64,000 bases of DNA, from contig CALXKE010000010.1 of assembly GCA_944388805.1 (NCBI GenBank), forward strand, positions 414 to 64,413, written 5' to 3'. The position numbers and the translations under genes are program-made. This stretch comes from an uncultured Clostridia bacterium (GTDB taxonomy: Bacteria; Bacillota; Clostridia; TANB77; CAG-508). Below are positions 29,468 through 38,372 of the stretch, piece by piece; position 1 is the first letter of the stretch; the number at the start of each line of letters is the position of its first letter. The notes under the pieces are model-generated. The model was not told the DNA's origin. It worked only from the letters and a program-made list of their open reading frames with translations, and did not search any database.

Positions 29468-30146
29468 ATGATTCATATATTACTAGTAGAAGATGATAAA
29501 AACATATCAAATACGATTTCTTATTACTTGCAATCAAAAGGATTTACAATCCATACAGCCAAAACTGTAAAAGAAGGTATTGAAAAGATAGAAAACAATG
29601 CATATGATTTGATGCTGTTAGATATTAATTTACCAGATGGGACAGGATATGACTTGTATCAAGAAATGAAAACCATACAAGAAATACCAACCATATTTTT
29701 GACAGCATTAGATGAAGAAAAAGATATAGTAAAAGGATTTGACTTAGGAGCAGATGACTATATTACCAAACCATTCCATGCAGGAGAATTATTATCTAGG
29801 ATAAAAAATGTATTAAGACATAATGTAAAAAAGGAAAAAGAAGAAACAATAAAAATCAAAAATGTAGAAATCAATTATACAACACGGAAAAGTATTAAAA
29901 GATAAACAAGAAATAGAACTAACAGCATTAGAATATAAGATTTTAGTCATGTTATTTGAAAACAGAGGAAAAATCATAACAAGAGAGCAAATATTATCCT
30001 ATATATGGGATAATGAAGAAAACTTTGTAAATGACAATACCTTAACCGTATATATCAAAAGAATTCGAGAAAAAATAGAAAAAGACCCGAACAAACCAGA
30101 AATCATCAAAACAATCAGGGGATTAGGATATAAGATGGAACGTTAG
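29468..30146 (+). pseudogene. OmpR-family response regulator, frameshifted
   Basis: Receiver domain (LLDINLPDGTG, ITKPF) in ORF 29468..29905; winged-helix part (LTALEYKILVMLFENRGKIITREQIL...RGLGYKM) in the +1 frame to 30146. The frames rejoin if one A is removed from the A4 run at 29888-29891. Confidence 0.8.
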
Positions 30147-30220
30147 GGACGTGCCAAATCGTTCCATTTTGAAACGATTTAACCTGTCCCCAATGTTTCA
30201 AAATGAAACAAAAGGGACAG
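30135..30220 (+). repeat. G-family element G3 (two hairpins between RR stop and HK start)
   Basis: atggaacg-ttaGGGACGTGCCaaat-cgttccat (30135-30167), overlapping the RR stop codon. ctgtccc..gtttca-aaa-tgaaac..gggacag (30184-30220). Confidence 0.8.
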
Positions 30221-30238
30221 ACCTTAAAAAGGAGAAAT

Positions 30239-31456
30239 ATGAATACAAAACAAAAAAGAAATCTATTTATCTATATTACTATGTTATTAATCATTATCAT
30301 ATTATTAGCCATATTTGCTATTTATTGTATTCAAAAAAATTATAAAGAAAGCCTATATGAATATACAAATCAAGTAATGGCAAAAATTGTAGAAGAATAT
30401 CCTGAACAAGAAGAGGAGATTGTACAAAATATATTTTTAAACAACCAGGAAAATCATGAGAATGTAGAAGATATTTTAAGTACATATGGATTTAGTGCCG
30501 AAAATATTGATATAGAAAATACGCAGTTTGAAATTATTCAAAAAGTAATTATTCTATTTTCCATTTTCTTTATCATAGCAACTTTAGGTGTTATATGTAT
30601 ATATGCTATATATATCCGAAAACAAAATCAAAAATTAAAAGATTTGGATGCTTATTGTAAAGAAATATTAAAAGGAAATTATATCATAGATTTAAAAGAA
30701 CAAGATGAAAGTGATTTTAGTAAATTAAAAAATGATATTTATGACATGACCATTATGCTAAAAGAAAAAAATAGTTTATTAGAAAAGAATAATAAAGATA
30801 TTGAAAAATTGATAGCAGATATTTCTCATCAATTAAAAACACCATTGACTTCTTTGAATCTAATTAATGACATTCTATATACAGATTTACCTGAAGAAAA
30901 GAAAAAAGAATTTTTAGATAGCAGTCAAAAAGAATTAGAAAAAATTAATTGGCTAATAAAAACTGTTTTAAATATAGCCAAATTAGACTCGAAAACATTA
31001 ATTTTAGACAAAAAGAATGAGAACGCATATTATTTATGCTTAGAAGTGAAAAACAACTTTAAAGCTATGTGTGAGATAAATCATGCAGATATAGAAATTG
31101 TATCTAATAAAGAAGAAACCATTAATTGTGATAAAAAATGGACAATAGAAGCCATGAATAATATTGTAAAAAATGCAATTGAGCATGGTGCGAAAACGAT
31201 AACAATAAAAATCGAAGAAAATACCATGTATATAAAAATAAGCATAAAAGATGACGGCGAAGGTATTGATAAAGAAGATTTGGGACATATTTTTGATAGA
31301 TTTTATAAAGCGAAAAATAGTAAAGAAAATAGTTTGGGCATTGGACTTGCTTTTTGTAAAAGTATTATTAGAAACCAAGATGGAGATATCCGTGTAAAGA
31401 GTTCTAAAAAGGAAGAAGATAGTTGGACAGAATTTGTGATGAAATTATATAAATAA
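30239..31456 (+). CDS. sensor histidine kinase (BceS/intramembrane-sensing-like, short extracellular loop)
   Basis: Start at ATG after aaGGAGaa. Two TMs, H-box ADISHQLKTPLTSL, N-box NIVKNAIEHG, DDGEGI, GIGLAF. Confidence 0.88.
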   Translation: MNTKQKRNLFIYITMLLIIIILLAIFAIYCIQKNYKESLYEYTNQVMAKIVEEYPEQEEEIVQNIFLNNQENHENVEDILSTYGFSAENIDIENTQFEIIQKVIILFSIFFIIATLGVICIYAIYIRKQNQKLKDLDAYCKEILKGNYIIDLKEQDESDFSKLKNDIYDMTIMLKEKNSLLEKNNKDIEKLIADISHQLKTPLTSLNLINDILYTDLPEEKKKEFLDSSQKELEKINWLIKTVLNIAKLDSKTLILDKKNENAYYLCLEVKNNFKAMCEINHADIEIVSNKEETINCDKKWTIEAMNNIVKNAIEHGAKTITIKIEENTMYIKISIKDDGEGIDKEDLGHIFDRFYKAKNSKENSLGIGLAFCKSIIRNQDGDIRVKSSKKEEDSWTEFVMKLYK

Positions 31457-31656
31457 AATTAAAAATGAAAAGTATTAAAAAATTAAATAAGTCATTTTAG
31501 AGTCACTTTTATGTAGTAATATAATACTAACAATAAAAGTGACATTTTTAATACGTTTCTTTCTAGGTCCTAAATATGCATATAATAAAGGTTAAAACGT
31601 ATAGAAAACTGATTAGCAAAATTATAGTCACTTAAACATAAGAAAGGAGATTGTTT

Positions 31657-32337
31657 ATGGAAATATTAAAAGTAGAAAATTTAACAAAAAAATATGGTAA
31701 AAAAGATACAGAGGTTGTTGCATTAGACAATGTATCTTTTAGTGTAAATAAGGGAGAATTTGTAGCCATTGTAGGTGTTTCTGGAAGTGGAAAATCTACA
31801 TTACTACATTTAATTGGAGGTGTAGATAAACCAACAAGTGGAAAAGTATATATTAATGGAACAGATATCTATTCTTTAAATAATGATAATTTAGCAATTT
31901 TTAGAAGAAGACAAGTGGGACTTATTTATCAATTCTATAACTTAATTCCTATACTAAATGTAAAAGAAAATATTACATTACCATGTGATTTGGATGGGCA
32001 AAAGGTAGATGAAAAGCGATTAAATGAATTGTTATATATCCTTGGACTAGAAAAAAGAATTAATCACTTACCAAATGAGTTATCAGGAGGACAACAACAA
32101 AGGGTTTCCATTGGAAGAGCTATGATTAATCATCCAAGTATTGTGTTAGCAGATGAACCAACTGGAAATTTGGATAGTAAAGCTTCAAGAGAAATTATGG
32201 ATTTATTAAAAGTATCGAACCAGAAATATAATCAAACCTTAATTGTGATTACACATGATGAAAATATTGCTTTAGAAGCAGATAGAATTATTACAATACA
32301 AGATGGTAAGCTAATCAGTGATGAAAAAATAAAGTAA
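31657..32337 (+). CDS. ABC transporter ATP-binding protein (MacB/BceA type)
   Basis: Walker A GVSGSGKST, signature LSGGQQQRV, Walker B VLADEPT. RBS aaaGGAGa. Confidence 0.92.
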   Translation: MEILKVENLTKKYGKKDTEVVALDNVSFSVNKGEFVAIVGVSGSGKSTLLHLIGGVDKPTSGKVYINGTDIYSLNNDNLAIFRRRQVGLIYQFYNLIPILNVKENITLPCDLDGQKVDEKRLNELLYILGLEKRINHLPNELSGGQQQRVSIGRAMINHPSIVLADEPTGNLDSKASREIMDLLKVSNQKYNQTLIVITHDENIALEADRIITIQDGKLISDEKIK

Positions 32338-32344
32338 GGGGAAT

Positions 32345-32469
32345 GCTTGAAAAATAATTACAATTTTTGCTACGTCAAATTATATTTAAAACGCGGTTAC
32401 ATACAAATAGTATGCGCCCTTGCCTTTTAAATATAATTTTCCTTGCCAAAATTTAATTCTTTTCCAAGC
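32345..32469. repeat. imperfect palindrome H5 between ABC ATPase and permease genes
   Basis: gcttgaaaaataattacaatttttgctacgtcaaattatatttaaaacgc ... gccttttaaatataattttccttgccaaaatttaattcttttccaagc, roughly 75-80% paired. The centre atacaaatagtatgcgcc resembles the H1 centre gtacaaagagtacgcc. Confidence 0.75.
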
Positions 32470-32499
32470 AAATATAATTTGAAAAGGAAGTGAAATAAA

Positions 32500-35088
32500 A
32501 TGAAAATTTTAAATACATTGACGCTCAAAAATTTAAAATTAAATAAAAAAAGAACGATTGTAACTATTATTGGAATTTCTCTTTCTGTTGCTTTAATATG
32601 TGCCATTACGACATTTACAGTTAGTATTCAAAAATCTTTACTAGAAAGAGAAATCAAAACAAATGGAAATTATCATATTCGTGTACAAGATGTATCGAAA
32701 GAAAATGAAAAATATTTGGAGAATAATGCAAAAATAGAGGAATTACAAATATCACAAGAGATTGGATATGCACTATTAGAAAAATCTCAAAATGAAAACA
32801 AGCCGTATGCCTATATCGAAGGATATGATGAGAAACTTTTGCAAAATGGAGGAATTGTCTTAGTAGAAGGAAGGTTACCAGAAAATGAAAATGAAATTGT
32901 GATACCAGAACATGTTATCCAAAATGGAAAAGTAGATTGGAATGTTGGTGATACCATAGAATTAGATATCGGTAATCGATACAAAGGAGAATACATATTA
33001 AATCAGTCAAATCCATACTATACAGATCAAGATAGATTAGATAGAAAAGAAAGTGGTATTGAAGATGATTTGGAACAAGAAACTTTTGTTGCAAGTACCA
33101 AAAAAACGTATACAATTGTAGGTATCATGGAACGATTAAATAGTGAGAGTTATTCTGCTCCAGGTTATACCCTGATAACAAAATTAGATAAAATTGATGA
33201 TACCAAAAATGTAAATATGTCTATTATATTAAAAGACCCAACAGAAGTATATGAGTTTGAAGACTATTTAAAAAATGATTTACAGATTGACGAGATAAAT
33301 ATTTCAGAAAACCAAGATTTATTATATTACATGGGAATTTTCAAAAGTGATAGAGTAGAAACTTTTGTGATAACGATGCTAGTCATCGTAATTGGCATTA
33401 TTGTTTTCACTTCTGCCTTTGTCATCAAAAACAGTTTTAGTATATCTCTTACAGAAAAAACAAGAGAATTAGGGATGATAGCGAGTGTAGGAGCAACAGC
33501 AAAACAAATTAGAAAAAGTATCTTTTTTGAAGGTGCTATATTAGGACTAATTTCTATACCACTAGGAATTGTAATAGGAATTGTAGCAATTGGAATTGTG
33601 TTAGCCATTGTTAATGGAATTATCAATTCAGGAAGTACACCATTAATTGATAATTTTGAGTTACAGTTAACCATATCATGGGGAGCAATTATTGTTGCAA
33701 TCATTGTATCGATTGTTATGATTATCATTTCACTAATTAGACCAAGTTATAGAGCAGGAAAAATATCACCAATTGATGCTATAAGAGAAAGTTCAGATGT
33801 AAAAGTAAAAAAGAATAAGCATAAACATAAAGAATATAAACTAACGAAAAAGTTATTTGGAATAGAAGGCGTGATTGCCAGAAAGAATTTTAGAAGAAGT
33901 AGAAAAAGATATAGAACAACTATATTTTCTATATTTCTAAGTATTGTCTTGTTTATCTCAATGAATGCTTTTGCAGAAAGTGTATTTGGATTATCTTCTT
34001 TAAAATATCAGGAATCTAGAATTAATTTAACGGTATATAGTAATAATCAAAAAGAAGAAGAAAAAGAAGCTTATTTTAATAAAATTAAAGATTTAGATGG
34101 AATCAAAGAATATGCGATTTTAAAAAACGCACATGCCTATATAGATAACCAAAAAATATATACTAAAAAAGCACTAGAATATTATTCAGAAATGGATACA
34201 TTAGTTATTTATGCAATTGGTGATGAAGCTTATAGAAATTATGTAACAGAATTAGGATTAAGTTATGATGAAGTAAAAGATGAAGCAATTCTTTGTGACA
34301 CAAGACTTTTGTATGAATATGAAGATGGAAAAGATGGTGTAAAAAGAGTAGAAACAAATCTATTAAATTTAAATGAAGGAGATACTCTAGAATATTATAA
34401 TATGCAAGATGAGGAAGGAAATCTATCAGAAAAAGGAAGTATCAAAATTGCCAAAAGAGCAGATAAATACCCATTAGGTTCATTGTTTAGTAATGATACA
34501 AATCCAATTATTATCATTTCAGATGAAATGATGGAAAACTTTGAACATGATTTGGTTTCTATGCCTATTAATGCAGAAGATCCATATAAATTACAAGAAG
34601 AAATTATAGAAATTGATAAAACTAATCAGAATAATATCTATAATGCAGAAGAGGATGTAAGAGCAGCAAGAAATATGAATTTAATTGTATCTATATTTGT
34701 ATATGGATTTATAGCAGTGATTAGCATCATCGGCGTAACAAATATATTTAATACCATAACAACAAATATGGCACTTAGAAACAGAGAATTTGCCATATTA
34801 AAGTCCATAGGTATGACAAACAAAGAATTTAAAAGGATGATTCATTATGAAAGCTTTATATATGGATTAAAAGCACTTATATTTGGATTACCAGTAGGAG
34901 TAGCATTATCTTATCTGATCTATACAGTTACTGCAGATGTGTATACAACAAGTTATGAACTTCCTATAATACCAATTTTGATTTCTATCATATTTGTATT
35001 TGCTATTATCTTTATGACAATGCAATATGCTGTAAAGAAAACAAAAAATCAAAACATTATCGAAACGATTCGAAAAGAGAATATTTAA
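32500..35088 (+). CDS. ABC transporter permease, FtsX/MacB-type with 10 TM and large extracellular domains
   Basis: 862 aa with two FtsX-like 4-TM modules (around residues 290-410 and 740-860) separated by a large loop. Confidence 0.85.
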   Translation: MKILNTLTLKNLKLNKKRTIVTIIGISLSVALICAITTFTVSIQKSLLEREIKTNGNYHIRVQDVSKENEKYLENNAKIEELQISQEIGYALLEKSQNENKPYAYIEGYDEKLLQNGGIVLVEGRLPENENEIVIPEHVIQNGKVDWNVGDTIELDIGNRYKGEYILNQSNPYYTDQDRLDRKESGIEDDLEQETFVASTKKTYTIVGIMERLNSESYSAPGYTLITKLDKIDDTKNVNMSIILKDPTEVYEFEDYLKNDLQIDEINISENQDLLYYMGIFKSDRVETFVITMLVIVIGIIVFTSAFVIKNSFSISLTEKTRELGMIASVGATAKQIRKSIFFEGAILGLISIPLGIVIGIVAIGIVLAIVNGIINSGSTPLIDNFELQLTISWGAIIVAIIVSIVMIIISLIRPSYRAGKISPIDAIRESSDVKVKKNKHKHKEYKLTKKLFGIEGVIARKNFRRSRKRYRTTIFSIFLSIVLFISMNAFAESVFGLSSLKYQESRINLTVYSNNQKEEEKEAYFNKIKDLDGIKEYAILKNAHAYIDNQKIYTKKALEYYSEMDTLVIYAIGDEAYRNYVTELGLSYDEVKDEAILCDTRLLYEYEDGKDGVKRVETNLLNLNEGDTLEYYNMQDEEGNLSEKGSIKIAKRADKYPLGSLFSNDTNPIIIISDEMMENFEHDLVSMPINAEDPYKLQEEIIEIDKTNQNNIYNAEEDVRAARNMNLIVSIFVYGFIAVISIIGVTNIFNTITTNMALRNREFAILKSIGMTNKEFKRMIHYESFIYGLKALIFGLPVGVALSYLIYTVTADVYTTSYELPIIPILISIIFVFAIIFMTMQYAVKKTKNQNIIETIRKENI

Positions 35089-35091
35089 AAG

Positions 35092-35178
35092 TTGCCAAAG
35101 GGGACGTGCCATTTTGGCAACTCTCTTTTGGGGACGTGTCAAAATGGACATTTTTGTTCAAAAGGGACAGGACATTTT
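35092..35178 (+). repeat. G-family element G4 (tandem GGGGACGTG hairpins)
   Basis: ttgccaaa-GGGGACGTGCCat-tttggcaa (35092-35120), ttttg-GGGACGTGT-caaaa (35126-35144), aaaGGGACAGGACatttt (35161-35178). Starts 4 nt after the permease stop. Confidence 0.8.
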
Positions 35179-35206
35179 ATAAATTTATATATTATTAAAT
35201 TAGTAA

Positions 35207-35237
35207 ACCGCCAGCAAGTTATATCCTTGCTGGCGGT
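35207..35237. terminator. GC-rich bidirectional terminator
   Basis: accgccagcaag-ttatatc-cttgctggcggt between convergent genes. Confidence 0.75.
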
Positions 35238-35249
35238 ATCAATTTTATA

Positions 35250-36008
35250 TTATGGTTCCTCAATTAAATCTTGCCAATACTTTTTAGGCATAAATTGCAT
35301 TTGGCATCTAGCATTTTTTCTTTCTTGTATGGCAATGGTTTTGAAAAATAGTTTCCAAAGTTCTTGATATTTTTGTTCTTCTTCAGTAATATCAGGAATT
35401 GTTAAATTAGTACTATCAATAATTTTGTATTCTTGTGTATTGTATAAAAAACAAATATTTCTATTTCTATCATGTATGATAAAGTTTTGTGTAGGTAGTC
35501 TTTTAATAAAGTGATGTCCTAAAGGTTCTATGATATTATTATCTGGATGAATAGAAGCATAATATAGATTTTCTCCAATTTCCATAAATCGAAGTAATCC
35601 TTTTAACTTATGACATTCTGATAAAGCTCTTTTTCTCATATTGATAACAGAAAAGACATAGGAAATAGTAAGCATGGTGTTAATTTTAGGACCGATGTCA
35701 AATCCATCACATAAATATTTTAAAATTTTGATTTCTTTGTCTTTTCCATCTGATAAAAAGGCATAAAAGCTATTATATAAAGCTTCATAGCAAATATTTT
35801 TATTAATTCCTTCAAAAACACGTTTTACTTTTTCGTAATTGGTATCTATATATTGTGTTTTATCTAAAAAATTTTGTGTATATTCCTCTTCTGAAACAAT
35901 TTTTTGTGGTAATGTTTTATGAGAATAGCTCTCAAAAACAATGGTTAATAATCCATCAAATGTACCATCATATAAATAGGTTGTATTTACAAGCTTCCAG
36001 TTAGACAT
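35250..36008 (-). CDS. TIGR03915-family probable DNA metabolism protein (partner of the radical-SAM repair protein)
   Basis: 252 aa. Overlaps by 22 nt, and so is probably translationally coupled to, the upstream radical-SAM gene. This is the obligate pairing described for TIGR03915/TIGR03916. Confidence 0.7.
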   Translation of the reverse strand: MSNWKLVNTTYLYDGTFDGLLTIVFESYSHKTLPQKIVSEEEYTQNFLDKTQYIDTNYEKVKRVFEGINKNICYEALYNSFYAFLSDGKDKEIKILKYLCDGFDIGPKINTMLTISYVFSVINMRKRALSECHKLKGLLRFMEIGENLYYASIHPDNNIIEPLGHHFIKRLPTQNFIIHDRNRNICFLYNTQEYKIIDSTNLTIPDITEEEQKYQELWKLFFKTIAIQERKNARCQMQFMPKKYWQDLIEEP

Positions 36009-37285
36009 TTTATTTTATCCTCCTTTGTAGGTAACAATGTATCAAACATAGATAATTGTTCATATTTCTTTTGTGGAATCGTATTTCTTTCTAAATACAA
36101 TAAATTGGTTTCAATAAAATTTTTGTTAAATTTATTGATTTCATAAAAATATTTTCCTTTGCAAGTTATAAAATATTGTGCTCTTTTCAAGACAACACCT
36201 AATTTTTTTAGACTTTCAAAATCTAATAAAAATTCTCTTCTGGCTGTGATAATCTTTTTGGCACTAATGACACCAATTCCAGGAATTCTAAGTAAAGTGT
36301 GATAATTGGCAGTATTGATTTCTATTGGAAATTTATCTAAATTTCTTAAAGCCCAATCACATTTAGGGTCTAATAAAGTATTAAAATTTGGATGTTCTTC
36401 ATTTAATAATTCATCTGCTTGAAATCCATAAAATCGAAGTAGCCAATCTGCTTGATAAAGTCTATTTTCCCTTAAAAGGGGAGGTTTTTCTAAAGTAGGT
36501 AAGTTTTTATCATTATTAATAGAAACATAAGCAGAATAATAGACTCTTTTTAGTTTTAAAGATTTATACATTCCTTCAGAAAGTTTTAATATTTTTAAAT
36601 CTGTTTCAGGTGTAGCACCAACCATTAATTGTGTAGTTTGACCTGCTGGAACAAATTTCTTTTTATATTTTGATTTATCCATTTTATTTAATTTTAAGGT
36701 ATTGGAAATATAGGTCATTGGTTTTAAAATTCCGTCTTTTTCTTTTTGGGGTGCTAATAATTTCAAACTATCATTTGAAGGAAGTTCTATATTAATACTC
36801 ATTCTATCTACTAAAAGACCTAATTTATCAATTAATTCTTGACTACAACCAGGAATGGTTTTACAGTGAATATATCCATTAAAATGATATTCATTTCTTA
36901 AAATAGAAGCTGTTTCAACTAATCTTTCCATTGTATAATCAGGAGATTTGATAACTGCTGAACTTAGAAATAGTCCTTCTATGTAATTTCGTTTATAAAA
37001 ATGAATGGTTAAATCTGCAACTTCACGAGGCGTAAAGGTAGCTCTAGGAACAGAATTGGAACAACGGTTAATACAATATTTACAATCATACATACAGGCA
37101 TTTGTAAATAAAATTTTTAAAAGAGAAATGCATCTACCATCTGCACCCCAACTATGACAAATACCAGAAACATGACCATTTCCAATTCCATTGTTTGTGT
37201 TTTTTCGATTACTACCACTAGAACTACAAGAAGCATCATATTTAGCAGAATCAGCAAGTATTTTTAATTTATCAAAAATATCCAT
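35987..37285 (-). CDS. putative DNA modification/repair radical SAM protein (TIGR03916-like)
   Basis: CxxxCxxC (CMYDCKYC), N-terminal Cys/Ser-rich segment, C-terminal helix-hairpin-helix (LLRIPGIGVISAKKIITARR). 432 aa. Confidence 0.8.
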   Translation of the reverse strand: MDIFDKLKILADSAKYDASCSSSGSNRKNTNNGIGNGHVSGICHSWGADGRCISLLKILFTNACMYDCKYCINRCSNSVPRATFTPREVADLTIHFYKRNYIEGLFLSSAVIKSPDYTMERLVETASILRNEYHFNGYIHCKTIPGCSQELIDKLGLLVDRMSINIELPSNDSLKLLAPQKEKDGILKPMTYISNTLKLNKMDKSKYKKKFVPAGQTTQLMVGATPETDLKILKLSEGMYKSLKLKRVYYSAYVSINNDKNLPTLEKPPLLRENRLYQADWLLRFYGFQADELLNEEHPNFNTLLDPKCDWALRNLDKFPIEINTANYHTLLRIPGIGVISAKKIITARREFLLDFESLKKLGVVLKRAQYFITCKGKYFYEINKFNKNFIETNLLYLERNTIPQKKYEQLSMFDTLLPTKEDKIKCLTGSL

Positions 37286-37295
37286 AGCACACCTC

Positions 37296-37309
37296 CAAAC
37301 ATATGTACG
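37296..37309 (-). promoter_or_regulatory. LexA (Cheo box)-like operator
   Basis: The minus strand reads CGTACATATGTTTG versus the Firmicute consensus CGAAC-N4-GTTCG (2 mismatches). It abuts the -10. Confidence 0.55.
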
Positions 37310-37338
37310 ATTATATCATTAGAAAAATGAAAATGCAA
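37310..37338 (-). promoter_or_regulatory. promoter of the radical-SAM operon
   Basis: Minus strand: TTGCAT, 17 nt, TATAAT. Confidence 0.5.
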
Positions 37339-37381
37339 TATTTTTAAAAACAAATTTTCGTTTTTTTATTCGCTATTATAC

Positions 37382-37410
37382 TTTACATAAATGTAAAAGT
37401 TTGGTATAAT
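37382..37410 (+). promoter_or_regulatory. promoter of the tandem-OB gene
   Basis: TTTACA, 17 nt, TGg-TATAAT. Confidence 0.5.
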
Positions 37411-37558
37411 AATACTACTGTTTATGCAGAATATAGATAAAGAAGTTATTTCTTAATTTATGTACATACCAGAACTTTGGGTATGTAAACAAAAGATAAA
37501 TTCTTCTTAAAATGCATTTAAACAGAAAAAACAGAAGAAAAAACAGGAGGAAAACAGA

Positions 37559-38218
37559 ATGCAAGAAAAAAGAGAAGTATCACGGGAGTATTTACAGAAA
37601 GAAACTAACAGAGTAATCATCAGAGGAAGAATTGAGGAAGAGTTCAAGTTCGATTACAAGGGAAAGTTTTATGTAACTCGAATAGCTGTAAGGCGAGAAA
37701 GTGGAATCAACGATATGATTCCTGTTATCATTTCAGAGGTATTGCTAAATCCAGAAATTTTATCTGGAAAATATATTGGCAAAACAGTTGAAATGAAAGG
37801 TGAATTCAGGTCATACAACAAATTGGGTGAAGATGGAAAATCTCATTTAAAGTTATTTCTATTTGTTAAGGTGATTAACTTTAAAGTTGATGATAATGAT
37901 GATGTCAATGAAATTTTCTTACATGGTTATCTGTGTAAATTACCATTTTACAGAAGAACTTCTAAATCAAAACGAGAAATTTCAGATCTGTTTGTTGCAG
38001 TTAATAGACAGTATGGAAAATCAGATTATATCCCATGTATTGCATGGAATAGAAATGCTAGAAGTTCGGCTTCGATGCAAATCGGAGATTGCATAGAGCT
38101 AAAAGGAAGGATTCAAAGTAGGAAATATTTTAAAAAGAATCCTTCTAATCCAGAAGATGGAAAACTCGAAGAAGCTTATGAGGTTTCCATTAACGATATG
38201 CATTTGATAGAAGAATAA
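37559..38218 (+). CDS. tandem OB-fold (SSB-like) protein
   Basis: 219 aa made of two internally similar halves (NRVIIRGRIEEEF...VEMKGEFRSYN and NEIFLHGYLCKLP...IELKGRIQSRKY), typical of OB-fold ssDNA-binding modules. There is no acidic SSB C-terminal tail. Confidence 0.45.
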   Translation: MQEKREVSREYLQKETNRVIIRGRIEEEFKFDYKGKFYVTRIAVRRESGINDMIPVIISEVLLNPEILSGKYIGKTVEMKGEFRSYNKLGEDGKSHLKLFLFVKVINFKVDDNDDVNEIFLHGYLCKLPFYRRTSKSKREISDLFVAVNRQYGKSDYIPCIAWNRNARSSASMQIGDCIELKGRIQSRKYFKKNPSNPEDGKLEEAYEVSINDMHLIEE

Positions 38219-38221
38219 GTA

Positions 38222-38323
38222 AACAAAGAGAGGTTGATGTGAACTATCCCCTTAAGGTAGACACAAAATAAAAAAGAGTGTATACTTTAAGGGGGGAACA
38301 GTTCAATAAGACCTCTCTTTGTT
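38222..38323. repeat. imperfect palindrome H6 after the tandem-OB gene
   Basis: aacaaagagaggttgatgtgaactatccccttaaggtagacac ... gtgtatactttaaggggggaacagttcaataagacctctctttgtt. Starts 4 nt after the stop. Confidence 0.8.
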
Positions 38324-38372
38324 AATATGATTAATAATACATTACAAATCCTTAAAAATTTGTGAATCTATA

